Assembly (NCBI GenBank): GCA_029261095.1
Contig: JAJDBZ010000050.1
Span: 1-42,849 of the forward strand
Reading direction: 5' to 3'
DNA: 42,849 nt
DNA from: Candidatus Omnitrophota bacterium
Lineage (GTDB): Bacteria > Hinthialibacterota > Hinthialibacteria > OLB16
The notes under the pieces are model-generated. The model had not been told where the DNA came from, ran no database searches, and saw nothing but the letters and a program-made list of their open reading frames with translations. Position 1 is the stretch's first letter. Each line of letters begins with the position of its first letter. Shown in pieces: positions 1-8,767 of the stretch. The translations under genes were made by a program, and so were the position numbers.

Positions 1-1
1 C

Positions 2-1786
2 CGCGAGCATGATTGGAAATTCGATGGCGCCCGTGAGGCTCGGATGGTGGTCTTTGGACACACCAGCAATGAAATCCAATACGAACCAAATTGGAACCAG
101 CAGGAACATTATCGCAAAGAACTCCAAAGCCCGCGAATCGAGATTGAGGATAATTTTTCGATTCAGCTGCGTCGGACCGATGATAACCAGATCCAAGTCT
201 GGACTTCCGAGGACGACAGCGAGTTCGAATTCCAAAGCCGCCTTGGTCCCGTCATTGAAACCGACATGGTGGATGTCGTCGTGGGAGTCATGTCGGATGG
301 CACGGGAGACCAACCCGGCGCTGTTACCTTCGATTCTATCGTGGTTCGAGGGCCCGAGATTCCGGATGTGGAGGAAGGGACCGAAAACCAGGCTTTGATC
401 GATTACAGAGAATCGGTTCGCGAAGATTATGAGATCGATTCAGCGGGCCGATTCGATTACGGTCCAGCGGCAATCGCTGCAAACAGGGCGTACACTTGGA
501 TGCACTACATGGGGACCAATACCCTCTATCCAAAAGTTCTCTTACCCGGCCTTCCGCAGGGACAAAACCAAGGGGCTCTCCAGATTCCAACACCCGGTGT
601 GGCGGTGGCCCCCGAGTTCAAGGACAACTTCGAAGCCTTTTTGGATTCCCAACCTTTTACGCGTGGGGACCGCAGGTATCTGGACCAGGCACATGTTAAG
701 TTTCAAGAAGCCGCCCAGCTCGACCCCCTCTATGGCACGATCCAGAAGCAGATCGAATGGATTCATGATGTCGCTTATGAAAGGTTGGTTCGCCTTTTGG
801 GTGTTTTCAGGATGAGGACGAGCGATGGCCCCACCGCAGGTGGAACGATTCAAGGTCCTGGGCTGCAGGTAAGCAAGAAAGAGTTCGACCAGTTTGTGGG
901 TAACGATGCGACCGCTAATCAGTGGGATTCACGCATCGTCCTTTTTGAGGGAACTCTTTCTAAGGAAGCGAAATCTCAGGTTCTGGCCTTGCCTGAGGTT
1001 TTGGCGGTCGATTTCATGAGACAGTATTTCGGATTTGCTGGTGAGATTAGTCGTCCCATCGATTTGGTGGGAAGGATTCCCTTCTTGTTCGATGAAACTT
1101 GGATGTCGCTGCCCCTCACTCTCTATGTTCCCGATATCAGTCAGGAGGTTTTGGCACGCCTAGGATTGGGGTTCGGGGGCGCTCTGACAGGTGGTCAAGC
1201 ATTCTCTGGCGGGGGGTTCCCTGGTCAACAAGGAATTTCAGGCTTTCAAGGACTACCCGGACAGGGTGGGCTTGGAGGTGGCTTTGGTCAGATCGATCCA
1301 TCAATTCTGATGGGCCGTGGATACACTGTGGTGGAATACTATGGCGCATCCCTCGGATTGTCTGACATGATCGTTCGAGACGAGCTTGGTCGGATCGATC
1401 CATTGGAGACGGCCGAGCGAGCTTTCCCCTGGTTGAGGGATTTTCCTGGATTAACCCCTCTGATCGCCGAGATCATTGATCCCGACCAGAACGGTTCTGT
1501 TGTATTAGATTGGGATTTCAGTTTCGCAGACCTGCCAAGTATCGCGAGCGTTCCTCGATCAGGAATTCGCGCTGCCTCGCTTCAGCCACCCGATATTCTT
1601 TATGATGAAACTGAAGTTCCATTACTCTTGAACATAGACAATCCGGAAATCCCTCGTAGGTATACCTTCGCCGATTATTTCGGTTGGGATCTGGGCCCGG
1701 AAGGAATCTATCGCGAGCCGGAAACGCCTAATCACATTGCGGCCTTCGACTCGCCGGCTTTGCCGGAGACCGCTACGGGTCAGTAG
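2..1786 (+). CDS. hypothetical protein, probably 5'-truncated at the window edge; contains a Gly-rich low-complexity linker (GFGGALTGGQAFSGGGFPGQQGISGFQGLPGQGGLGGGFG)
   Basis: The reading frame is open from base 2 to TAG at 1784-1786, and the first in-window ATG is at 44. It is a long uninterrupted ORF, and competing ORFs are short shadows. I recognise no family. Confidence 0.6.
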   Translation, partial: REHDWKFDGAREARMVVFGHTSNEIQYEPNWNQQEHYRKELQSPRIEIEDNFSIQLRRTDDNQIQVWTSEDDSEFEFQSRLGPVIETDMVDVVVGVMSDGTGDQPGAVTFDSIVVRGPEIPDVEEGTENQALIDYRESVREDYEIDSAGRFDYGPAAIAANRAYTWMHYMGTNTLYPKVLLPGLPQGQNQGALQIPTPGVAVAPEFKDNFEAFLDSQPFTRGDRRYLDQAHVKFQEAAQLDPLYGTIQKQIEWIHDVAYERLVRLLGVFRMRTSDGPTAGGTIQGPGLQVSKKEFDQFVGNDATANQWDSRIVLFEGTLSKEAKSQVLALPEVLAVDFMRQYFGFAGEISRPIDLVGRIPFLFDETWMSLPLTLYVPDISQEVLARLGLGFGGALTGGQAFSGGGFPGQQGISGFQGLPGQGGLGGGFGQIDPSILMGRGYTVVEYYGASLGLSDMIVRDELGRIDPLETAERAFPWLRDFPGLTPLIAEIIDPDQNGSVVLDWDFSFADLPSIASVPRSGIRAASLQPPDILYDETEVPLLLNIDNPEIPRRYTFADYFGWDLGPEGIYREPETPNHIAAFDSPALPETATGQ

Positions 1787-1795
1787 CAACGGAAT

Positions 1796-2626
1796 TTGAA
1801 AGAGATTTTTCAAAATCGAATTGTCTTTCTGGGCACCGGAACATCAAGTGGCATCCCTGTCATTGGATGCCGGTGCCCTGCGTGTGTATCCGCCGATCCT
1901 CGTGACAAACGGACACGCACTTCAGCACTTCTCCAGACACGTAAACAAGGTGAAGAGGATTGGCAGCATCTCCTGATCGATTCGGGAATCGATCTCCGGT
2001 ATCAACTCCTGCGAGAAGGCGCCCCGCTTGTCCGCGATGTCGTTTATACTCACGCCCATGTCGATCATTTTTTTGGGTTGGATGAGCTGCGAGCGATCCA
2101 GTTTGTCACCCGAAAGTCCATCCATCTTTATGCCTCCGAGGATGTCGAGAACTCGCTGAGAATCATTTACCGTCATCTCTTCGAGAAGGATGTCCAGCAG
2201 GGGGGAGGCATTCTCGCGGTGGAGGTTCATCGCATCGAAAGACGTTTCCTCGCGGGAGCGATGGAGTTGGAAGCCTTACCGATCTTCCACGGTCGTCTTC
2301 CCATCCTGGGTTTTCGTTTCGGCGATTTGGCTTACCTCACCGATTGCAGTCATATTCCCGATGAAACATGGCACCTCTTAAAGGGAGTGAAGGTTCTGGT
2401 TCTTGACATGCTGCGTAAGCGACCCCATCCCACACACTTCAATCTGGAACAATCGATTGAGGTGGTGGAGAAACTCCAACCTCATGAAACCTACTTTGTC
2501 CATATGACACACGATTTGGTCCATGCGGAGATCCAGGAAGAACTTCCGGATGGCGTCTGGCTGGCCCATGACGGACTCATCGTCGATCTGCCTCCTTTCG
2601 ATCCCATCTGTTGGACTCGGGACTAA
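1796..2626 (+). CDS. MBL-fold metallo-hydrolase (PhnP-like phosphodiesterase family)
   Basis: N-terminal FLGTGTSSGIPVIGCRCPAC and the HxHxDH signature (YTHAHVDHFFG) are typical of PhnP-like metallo-beta-lactamase-fold hydrolases. TTG start lies 10 nt after the upstream stop. Confidence 0.8.
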   Translation: MKEIFQNRIVFLGTGTSSGIPVIGCRCPACVSADPRDKRTRTSALLQTRKQGEEDWQHLLIDSGIDLRYQLLREGAPLVRDVVYTHAHVDHFFGLDELRAIQFVTRKSIHLYASEDVENSLRIIYRHLFEKDVQQGGGILAVEVHRIERRFLAGAMELEALPIFHGRLPILGFRFGDLAYLTDCSHIPDETWHLLKGVKVLVLDMLRKRPHPTHFNLEQSIEVVEKLQPHETYFVHMTHDLVHAEIQEELPDGVWLAHDGLIVDLPPFDPICWTRD

Positions 2627-2662
2627 GGATTCTCCCTTGGACACGTTCAAACTAATACGCAC

Positions 2663-2691
2663 TTGAGTTAATTTGTGATACAAAGTACAAT
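2663..2691 (+). promoter_or_regulatory. candidate sigma70-type promoter (TTGAGT-N17-TACAAT)
   Basis: -35 TTGAGT at 2663-2668, a 17-nt spacer, and -10 TACAAT at 2686-2691. It sits in an AT-rich gap about 70 nt upstream of the ATG at 2760. Confidence 0.35.
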
Positions 2692-2759
2692 TTATGATAT
2701 AGTATTAGTACGGTGTTCGACGAACCTGAACGGGCAAAACCGATTGGGAGTTTCGAGTC

Positions 2760-3770
2760 ATGTTATTCAAGGAAACGCCTGGCCATTGGAAGAAAGGGAT
2801 ATACGCAATCCTTCCTATCGGGTTCCTTTATTCGGGTCTCGGTTGGGAGTGCCACCTCCAACCGGAACATGCAGAAGTGGTCATCTCCCCGGAGTCGCTG
2901 CGTTGGGCTAAGCTGGACACGGCCGATCTGTGTCTCACCCGAGAGGGAGGCCGCCTCCATGCTTGGATCGATGTGAACACGGGGCCGGGATACGATATCG
3001 CCACGCTGTATTCGGAGGACAACGGAAAGACTTGGACCGACCCCTTTCGGAAGCCGATTGTAGCACGTGAGCTCCCCTGGGAATCCTTCCAGGTCACCAG
3101 CCCCCATGTCATCAAACGGGGTAACCAATATGAAATGTGGTATGCGGCGACCTCCGACCGCCGTGTCGCAGTCGGTTATCAGGTGGGTCATGCCACCTCA
3201 CCGGACCGAGAGAACTGGGCCAAAGCCGGCGCTCCAGTGGTCCCTTTAGGGAATGAAGATTCCAAAGACAAGTTTTCAATCGCCGACCCCTGTGTCCTTT
3301 TTGATGGGGACCGTTATCGGATGTTCTATAGCGGCGCGGATGAGGTGAAGGGCCTACCCTGGTTTCAGATCTGGGAAGCCGAGTCGAAGGATGGAAAGAC
3401 CTGGGCGAATCGTCGCGCCATTGTCGCCGACTGGATCATGGCGGCGGCACCAGAGGCGGTCGACTACGGAGGAACAACTCATCTCTTTTATGTCGTCGCG
3501 ACAGCCCCGGGGGAAGCGGCATTTCTCGATCTCCGATATCGTTACGAAAAACCTTTCCTCGGATTCGGATTCTCTCGGTGGAATGGAGAAACGCTTCTCA
3601 ACAAGGGCCAGCTCGGACCTGTGGCCGATCACAGCATCTACTCTCCCTGTGTGGACCTCGACGAATCCGGAGTCGGTTGGATGTATCTCAGCGCCCACGA
3701 TCACCTCGGGGTCTGGAGGATCGTTCGAATGCCGATGACCCTGAGCCGGACTTGGTTTGGGTGGTTTTGA
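2760..3770 (+). CDS. hypothetical beta-propeller protein, glycoside-hydrolase-like (GH43/GH32/GH130-type fold suspected)
   Basis: 336-aa ORF with GGGAG about 10 nt upstream. Repeated W/Y-rich blade-like segments (EMWYAATS, YRMFYSGAD, HLFYVVA, GWMYLSAHD) resemble five-bladed propeller glycosidases. No catalytic residues verified. Confidence 0.5.
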   Translation: MLFKETPGHWKKGIYAILPIGFLYSGLGWECHLQPEHAEVVISPESLRWAKLDTADLCLTREGGRLHAWIDVNTGPGYDIATLYSEDNGKTWTDPFRKPIVARELPWESFQVTSPHVIKRGNQYEMWYAATSDRRVAVGYQVGHATSPDRENWAKAGAPVVPLGNEDSKDKFSIADPCVLFDGDRYRMFYSGADEVKGLPWFQIWEAESKDGKTWANRRAIVADWIMAAAPEAVDYGGTTHLFYVVATAPGEAAFLDLRYRYEKPFLGFGFSRWNGETLLNKGQLGPVADHSIYSPCVDLDESGVGWMYLSAHDHLGVWRIVRMPMTLSRTWFGWF

Positions 3771-3830
3771 TTGGATGGAGTGAATCCGCGAAGACAGCTT
3801 AGGCGAACGAAAAAGAATTCTGGATGCTCG

Positions 3831-3888
3831 CGCCGGAGTTGTACTCCGGTGCGGATTTCGTCAGGAGTTATGACTCCTGCGAATCCGC
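3831..3888. other. two adjacent strong stem-loops (9 bp, then about 16 bp with two bulges) in a convergent intergenic region
   Basis: 3833-3839 ccggagt pairs with 3843-3849 actccgg and is extendable to 3831/3851. 3851-3888 gcggatttcgtcaggagt-tatg-actcctgcgaatccgc folds into a long hairpin. No U-tract follows on either strand. Confidence 0.5.
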
Positions 3889-3913
3889 CTACCGATCGCC
3901 CGTTAAACCACCT

Positions 3914-4001
3914 GCGCCGAGATTCCTTTCTCGGCGCAACTTAAGAAGGAATCCTTTCATGCGATAAAGAACGGCCGAAGTCTGGCCGTCTAGAAGACGG
4001 C
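3914..4001. other. further stem-loops, including two mutually exclusive hairpins
   Basis: 3914-3921 gcgccgag pairs with 3930-3937 ctcggcgc. 3971-3976 acggcc pairs with 3984-3989 ggccgt, which competes with 3985-3991 gccgtct pairing with 3995-4001 agacggc. Confidence 0.4.
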
Positions 4002-4025
4002 GCTACGTTTTCGAGTGACCGACAC

Positions 4026-4116
4026 CACGAAGGGATTCGTGCGCTAGTAGGAGCGAGAAGGGATTCTCGCTCCAGATCATCCAGATGGTCCACGATCCCG
4101 GGAAAGGGATCCCGGG
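4026..4116. repeat. three stem-loops sharing the apical motif GAAGGGAT(T)C
   Basis: The three hairpins are 4026-4041 (5 bp stem, loop AGGGAT), 4050-4073 (9 bp stem ggagcgaga/tctcgctcc, loop AGGGAT) and 4097-4116 (7 bp stem cccggga/tcccggg, loop AAGGGA). The last one abuts the TAG stop (4117-4119) of the minus-strand gene. Confidence 0.55.
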
Positions 4117-7100
4117 CTATTTCAGACTTGTCAGGATCATCAACAGATCGAATGAGTCCACCGCCTGATCTCCCGTCCGATCCGAACTCAACCCCGCGCC
4201 TGTCGCCATCCATTCGCTCGCGAGGCAGAACAGCGGGGCGTCGTCGCAAGGATCGCCGGGGCCGACCTCGCCCGCGATGGTCAGCGAGTAGGTTTTCCGA
4301 GAACGCCCCCTCGGCGATTGGCCGTCTTGGACTTCCACTTCGAATTCGTAGGTCCCCGCGAGTTGCGTCGTTCCCCCGAGGAATCCGATGCGAGCCAGGT
4401 TGAAACCGGGGGGGAATTCTCCACCTTTGAGCCGGAAGGAGTACGGGACGACTGTGCCGGAGGCTTCGAGTTCGACCGCATAGGGAACTCCGACCGCGCC
4501 GTTCGGAAGGGTTGCGGGTTGGATGGTCGGGACCATCTCGGGAAGGATTCGCAGTATGAATTTCTTGGCCGCCGTTTGATCTGTCGAGTCGGCGAGGGCC
4601 AGTGTGATCGGAAAATCTCCACCCTCTGTCGGCGTCCCCGAAAACTCTCCGGCCGCCGATAACATGACTCCCTCGGGGAGCGAACCCATACAGATCTCCC
4701 AAGTCAGAGGGGGCGCAGCATTCTCAGCGCTGAGCACCTGCGAGTAAGAAGCGCCCACCTGTCCCGACGCCAGGGTCTCGGTTGCGATGCCCAAAGCGTT
4801 CGTCGGCGCGGCGTATCGAAGTCCCAATCCGAATCCACCGTAGACATACATGTTGCCGACGCTGGGTATTTCGATCGCTCTCAGTTCGTGAAGGCCTAGT
4901 GGAATCGAGACCCGATCCGCCTCGGAGAAAAACTCGTCGGTTGAATGCAGGATCACCGGGGGGCCATCGTCTTGAGTCTCGCCTCCGACCATCAGGCCTC
5001 CTGTGCAGGTGTTGTACTCGACATCCGAAAGCACCCATTCCTCTGGAAACAGAACTTCTTCCCACTGGGTCGCGCCCGGAATCTGTCTCGCCGCCACTCC
5101 CACATCTCCAACCGCCCAACCGCTTTCGCTGTTGGGAGCATAGAGCGCCTCGGATTCCCAACGCGGCTGGCCGGACATCCGGGCGTAGACATTCTCCCAG
5201 GTCTCTCCGCCGTCTGTCGTTCGGTCGATGAACTCTCTGGAGAAGTCGGTGTTCGTGTAGCGATACCCGTTGTTCTCGTCGATGAAATGGAAACTGTATT
5301 CTTCATCGGTGACCTCGGTGGAGGCGACCTCCCAGATTTGTCCTCCATCGCGGGTCCTCAAAAATCGCGCGGTCTCTTGAAAGAAATTGTCGGGGTCGAA
5401 GAAGCGTGTCTTCAACCATCCGTGACGGTCATCTAGGAAAAACAACCCACCCGGGGTGTCGATGGTTTTCGCGTTCGCATCGCTTCCCTTGAGACCGGGA
5501 ACCAAATTGGAACGAGGGATCCAGTTCTCTCCGCCATCGAAGGACTCCGTCGAGAGATGCGCCCAAGCGTGGTCTTCGTCGAGGAAGACAAGATCGTCAT
5601 CCGTCGGCACGGTTCCGATGAGTTTCCAGGTGGCGCCCGCGTTGTCGGTTCGGTAAAGATCGAACATAGCGGCCCGCGTGTCCGAGGCTTTCGTCAGCGC
5701 GATCCCGTTGACCCCATCAAAAAACTGGATCTTCCAGACATCCGGTCCGAAGGTGCGATCGGAGAGGACAAGGGGCTCGACATTCGTTTCCTCCTCCCAA
5801 CCGTACTGCTTGAAAAACGATCGCCCACTGTCTTCTGTCTTCCAAATGGAGCCTTCCATATTGGAGATGAAATCATCTTCGCGATCTCCGGTGACGTTGT
5901 AGGTGATCCAACCATTGTCCTCGTCAAGGAAATGCATCCCCCAAAAACTTTGGTTACCCCCGCCGCCGGTCAGAATGGTGCCTGACCAGGTGTCGCCGCC
6001 ATTCGTGGTTCGCCAGAACCTCGGGATGAACAGCCCGCACGCCCAACCGGTTTCGCCGTCCTCGAGGAATTGAATGTTGGCGATGTTCACACTCGCACGG
6101 TTCACCGACTGGTTCTCCCAAGTCTGGCCGCCATCCTCGGTGTGATAGATGCGGGTCGCTTGAGCCGCGACCTGGAGGTTGGTTCCGACCCATCCCTCCA
6201 TTTCGTTGAGGAAAAACATGCCCGTGATTTGCGCTGGCGAGAGTCCCTTCGCGACCTCGTCGTCGGAGGCGAGATGCATGGTCCCGTCCGGATTCAAGGT
6301 GGCGCCGTTCCCTTTGGCGACGCCGACCTCGGGCAGGCTCATGATCTCCCAGTTCTTCCCGCTGTCGGTCGATTTCATAAAAAGACCGTCCTCCCCACCC
6401 GCCCAAACAATGGACTGGGTGGCGAACTCGGTGGCGAACACAAACAACGAACTGGGGACCGTGGCCGGTGTCCAAGTCTCGCCGCCATCCTCGGTGTAGG
6501 CGATTCCCGTTCCAGTGACACAACCATAGTTTTCGTCGAAGAAGGATATATTGGTACAAGTGACTAGGGGGCGATCTTGAAGCTCCCAGGTTTGTCCGCG
6601 ATTGGTCGAATGGAAGACTTGGCTCCCTGCGGTCATCCAACCCTCGTCTCCGATCCATTCGAAATCGGTCATCGACCCTCGGTTGTCGAACAATCGATGA
6701 GTCCAGGTCTCGCCGCCATCGATGGTGTCGTAGAAGACTTCGGACCAACCGATGGCAATGCCGACATTCTCGTCGAAGAAGTGGATATCCATGATCCGGT
6801 TGTGCGCGTGTTGGACCTCCCATCGGGGCTCCATCAGTGGAACGACCGTGAGGGAAAAATTCTGTGTGATGGAGTCGGCGGGTGAGGAACTATCCGAGAA
6901 TTGGACGGAGAAAGAGAAGTCACCGGTCTCGAACGGGACTCCGGCGATGATCCCTTTCTCGTCGACTGTCATCCCGTAGGGAAGCGCTCCCGATACAATC
7001 TCCACCATGTACGGGGGATTCCCTCCCTCGATTCCGACTGAGGCGCGATAGGTCAGGTTATGCGTCGCCGAGGGGAGGGTGGGCCTGGAAATGGAAAGGC

Positions 7101-8364
7101 GTTCGGGGGCGATCTGAAGGCTCGTCGTCAATTCGTCTTTTCGGGAGTTCGCGTCAGTGACTGTGACCGTGATAGATCCTCCACCGGAGGTGGGGGTTCC
7201 CGAGAGGACGCCGGTGTTGGGGTCGATATTGATTCCATCGGGCAGGCCGATGGCGCTCCACGAATAGGGTTCGGCGCCGTCGTAGGCTTCGATCTGATGT
7301 TCGTAGCCATGGCCGACCGCGCCGGAACCGAGCGGGATATCCTTAATGGTCGGCGATTCCATCGTTCCCACCTTCCGCCGGAATAACAACCTCGGTCCCG
7401 ACCCCACAACAACGGCCGGATCGTCGCCGCCGCCGGTGAAGAGCGTGTCGCCGCCCCGAGCCAAAGGCCGGAGTCCCACCACATCCGGAGTATTCTCGGG
7501 AAACCAGTTCACACCGCCATCGAGAGACACCAAGATCGCCTCTTTCCCGGCGTCGCTACCCGACATCATGATCCATTTCGGACCGAGAACCAGGAGATCA
7601 TAAAAAGTGTATTCGGAATAACCCTCGAGAATCCGGCTCCAGCTTGCGCCCCCATCGGTCGTGCCCAGCACCAATCCGTCATCGCCAACAATCCATCCCC
7701 GCATCGCATCCGCGAACCGAATGGATTTCGGTCGGTTTCCCCCTTCGAACTTTGAACCCGTCCAGTTCTCGCCGCCATCAGTGGTCCGCAATACGTTGCC
7801 GCCTTCTCCGACCACCCATCCATGGTTTTGATCCAAGAACCAAATGTCGGATGCGTCAAAGGAGATGGATGTTTCTTTGGTTGCCCATGCCACTCCTCCG
7901 TCCATCGTCCGAGCCAACTGGCTGCCGCGACCCGCCACCCAGAAATCTTCAGTCGAAAAGAAATGGGCCGCGAAGGTTTGTTCCAGCGGTGTTTCCAGTG
8001 GAATGAAAGTGGCCCCGGCGTCGGTGGTATGTAAAAGACCTTGGACAGGATGGCTGAAGCTGTATTGGGGAATGAGAAAGGCCTCCATCTCGGTGAGCAG
8101 ATGGATTCGGGAATTATCTCCTAAACTCTCATCGATCATGCTCTTGAGACTCCAGGTCTCGCCGCCGTTCGTGGTGTAAATAATCTGATAATCGAAGGAC
8201 CCATCCATCACGGCGATTCCCACCGAGTCGTTGATGAAGGAAAGTTGGAAAAAGGAATCGTAATCGGGAACTTCAATTCGTTCCCAACCCCCCAACGCTG
8301 CGGTGGAATGGATGAGGGCGATTACAACGAAGACGTGGGTAGAAAAATTTCGGCAGAATGGCAT
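4117..8364 (-). CDS. large secreted surface protein with BNR/Asp-box (Ycf48/sortilin-like) beta-propeller repeats, putative Ig (He_PIG-like) domains and a dockerin-like C-terminus
   Basis: 1415-aa ORF with an N-terminal signal-like segment (VFVVIALIHSTAALG). More than 15 copies of the S/T-x-D-G-G-x-T-W Asp-box are present (TTNGGETW, RTTDGGENW, YTEDGGETW, and others). Two blocks match the 'LP.G..l...G.lsGTPt..G.y.ftv.v.D' Ig-like pattern, and the C-terminus has an SSDRTGDQAVDSFDLLMILTSL EF-hand/dockerin-like motif. Confidence 0.8.
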   Translation of the reverse strand: MPFCRNFSTHVFVVIALIHSTAALGGWERIEVPDYDSFFQLSFINDSVGIAVMDGSFDYQIIYTTNGGETWSLKSMIDESLGDNSRIHLLTEMEAFLIPQYSFSHPVQGLLHTTDAGATFIPLETPLEQTFAAHFFSTEDFWVAGRGSQLARTMDGGVAWATKETSISFDASDIWFLDQNHGWVVGEGGNVLRTTDGGENWTGSKFEGGNRPKSIRFADAMRGWIVGDDGLVLGTTDGGASWSRILEGYSEYTFYDLLVLGPKWIMMSGSDAGKEAILVSLDGGVNWFPENTPDVVGLRPLARGGDTLFTGGGDDPAVVVGSGPRLLFRRKVGTMESPTIKDIPLGSGAVGHGYEHQIEAYDGAEPYSWSAIGLPDGINIDPNTGVLSGTPTSGGGSITVTVTDANSRKDELTTSLQIAPERLSISRPTLPSATHNLTYRASVGIEGGNPPYMVEIVSGALPYGMTVDEKGIIAGVPFETGDFSFSVQFSDSSSPADSITQNFSLTVVPLMEPRWEVQHAHNRIMDIHFFDENVGIAIGWSEVFYDTIDGGETWTHRLFDNRGSMTDFEWIGDEGWMTAGSQVFHSTNRGQTWELQDRPLVTCTNISFFDENYGCVTGTGIAYTEDGGETWTPATVPSSLFVFATEFATQSIVWAGGEDGLFMKSTDSGKNWEIMSLPEVGVAKGNGATLNPDGTMHLASDDEVAKGLSPAQITGMFFLNEMEGWVGTNLQVAAQATRIYHTEDGGQTWENQSVNRASVNIANIQFLEDGETGWACGLFIPRFWRTTNGGDTWSGTILTGGGGNQSFWGMHFLDEDNGWITYNVTGDREDDFISNMEGSIWKTEDSGRSFFKQYGWEEETNVEPLVLSDRTFGPDVWKIQFFDGVNGIALTKASDTRAAMFDLYRTDNAGATWKLIGTVPTDDDLVFLDEDHAWAHLSTESFDGGENWIPRSNLVPGLKGSDANAKTIDTPGGLFFLDDRHGWLKTRFFDPDNFFQETARFLRTRDGGQIWEVASTEVTDEEYSFHFIDENNGYRYTNTDFSREFIDRTTDGGETWENVYARMSGQPRWESEALYAPNSESGWAVGDVGVAARQIPGATQWEEVLFPEEWVLSDVEYNTCTGGLMVGGETQDDGPPVILHSTDEFFSEADRVSIPLGLHELRAIEIPSVGNMYVYGGFGLGLRYAAPTNALGIATETLASGQVGASYSQVLSAENAAPPLTWEICMGSLPEGVMLSAAGEFSGTPTEGGDFPITLALADSTDQTAAKKFILRILPEMVPTIQPATLPNGAVGVPYAVELEASGTVVPYSFRLKGGEFPPGFNLARIGFLGGTTQLAGTYEFEVEVQDGQSPRGRSRKTYSLTIAGEVGPGDPCDDAPLFCLASEWMATGAGLSSDRTGDQAVDSFDLLMILTSLK

Positions 8365-8471
8365 CAGGTCATTGGCTCCTTAGGCAGTGTCGGGTTTCAA
8401 TTCGAATCTCTAGGGGATAATCCTATCGAAAGTTAAAACACTACCACAATGAGCGCAAATCGGCACCCGAG

Positions 8472-8518
8472 AATATGCCTGTGCAGAAAAGCCGAGCGGC
8501 CTCCGGGGTTCTTAACCC
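8472..8518 (-). terminator. rho-independent terminator downstream of the 70-aa gene
   Basis: 8486-8500 pairs with 8504-8518 (GC-rich, 14 bp, one mismatch, 3-nt loop). On the minus strand it is followed by CTCGGCTTTTCTGC, which supplies a T-run. Confidence 0.65.
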
Positions 8519-8554
8519 GGGAGGCCGCGAGTGGCTTCGAAAGATCGTAAGATC

Positions 8555-8767
8555 TTAGTAGTAGCAGTGAGGGGTGTAGTGCGAGTAAGTGTAAACCGGG
8601 GTGTAAGGAACATAATAATCATTGCAGTGGCTATAGGTTGGGTAGTAAGAATAACCGCCACAATTTCCGTAATTGTAATGACCCGCCTGAGCGGTGCCGG
8701 GGACAAATGCGAGGGAGAGACAAACTACTGTTAAGACGATGGCTGAGGTAAGGGCTAGTTTTTTCAT
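8555..8767 (-). CDS. small secreted Tyr/His/Cys-rich protein (28-aa signal peptide + 42-aa mature peptide)
   Basis: AGGAGG lies 7 nt upstream of the ATG. The signal peptide is MKKLALTSAIVLTVVCLSLAFVPGTAQA (AQA cleavage motif). The mature part has 14 Tyr, 4 His and 3 Cys in 42 residues. A dedicated terminator lies downstream. Confidence 0.7.
   Translation of the reverse strand: MKKLALTSAIVLTVVCLSLAFVPGTAQAGHYNYGNCGGYSYYPTYSHCNDYYVPYTPVYTYSHYTPHCYY

Noticed and set aside
3831-3888. Possible tRNA or tmRNA-like gene suggested by the stacked hairpins and a nearby ACCACC
   Set aside because: There is no cloverleaf. It lacks a 7-bp acceptor stem, a GTTCRANYC T-loop and a D-arm, and the hairpin lengths are wrong for a tRNA.
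3941-4702. 253-aa minus-strand ORF spanning the intergenic region and the 3' end of the large gene
   Set aside because: Its composition is extremely R/P/S/G-rich, which is typical of an out-of-frame read of GC-rich coding DNA. It overlaps the well-supported 1415-aa gene in another frame, and I see no RBS or recognisable motif.
5954-6823. 289-aa minus-strand ORF inside the 1415-aa gene
   Set aside because: It is an alternative frame of the same strand and is Arg/Gly/His-rich nonsense. The long frame carries the recognisable Asp-box repeats.
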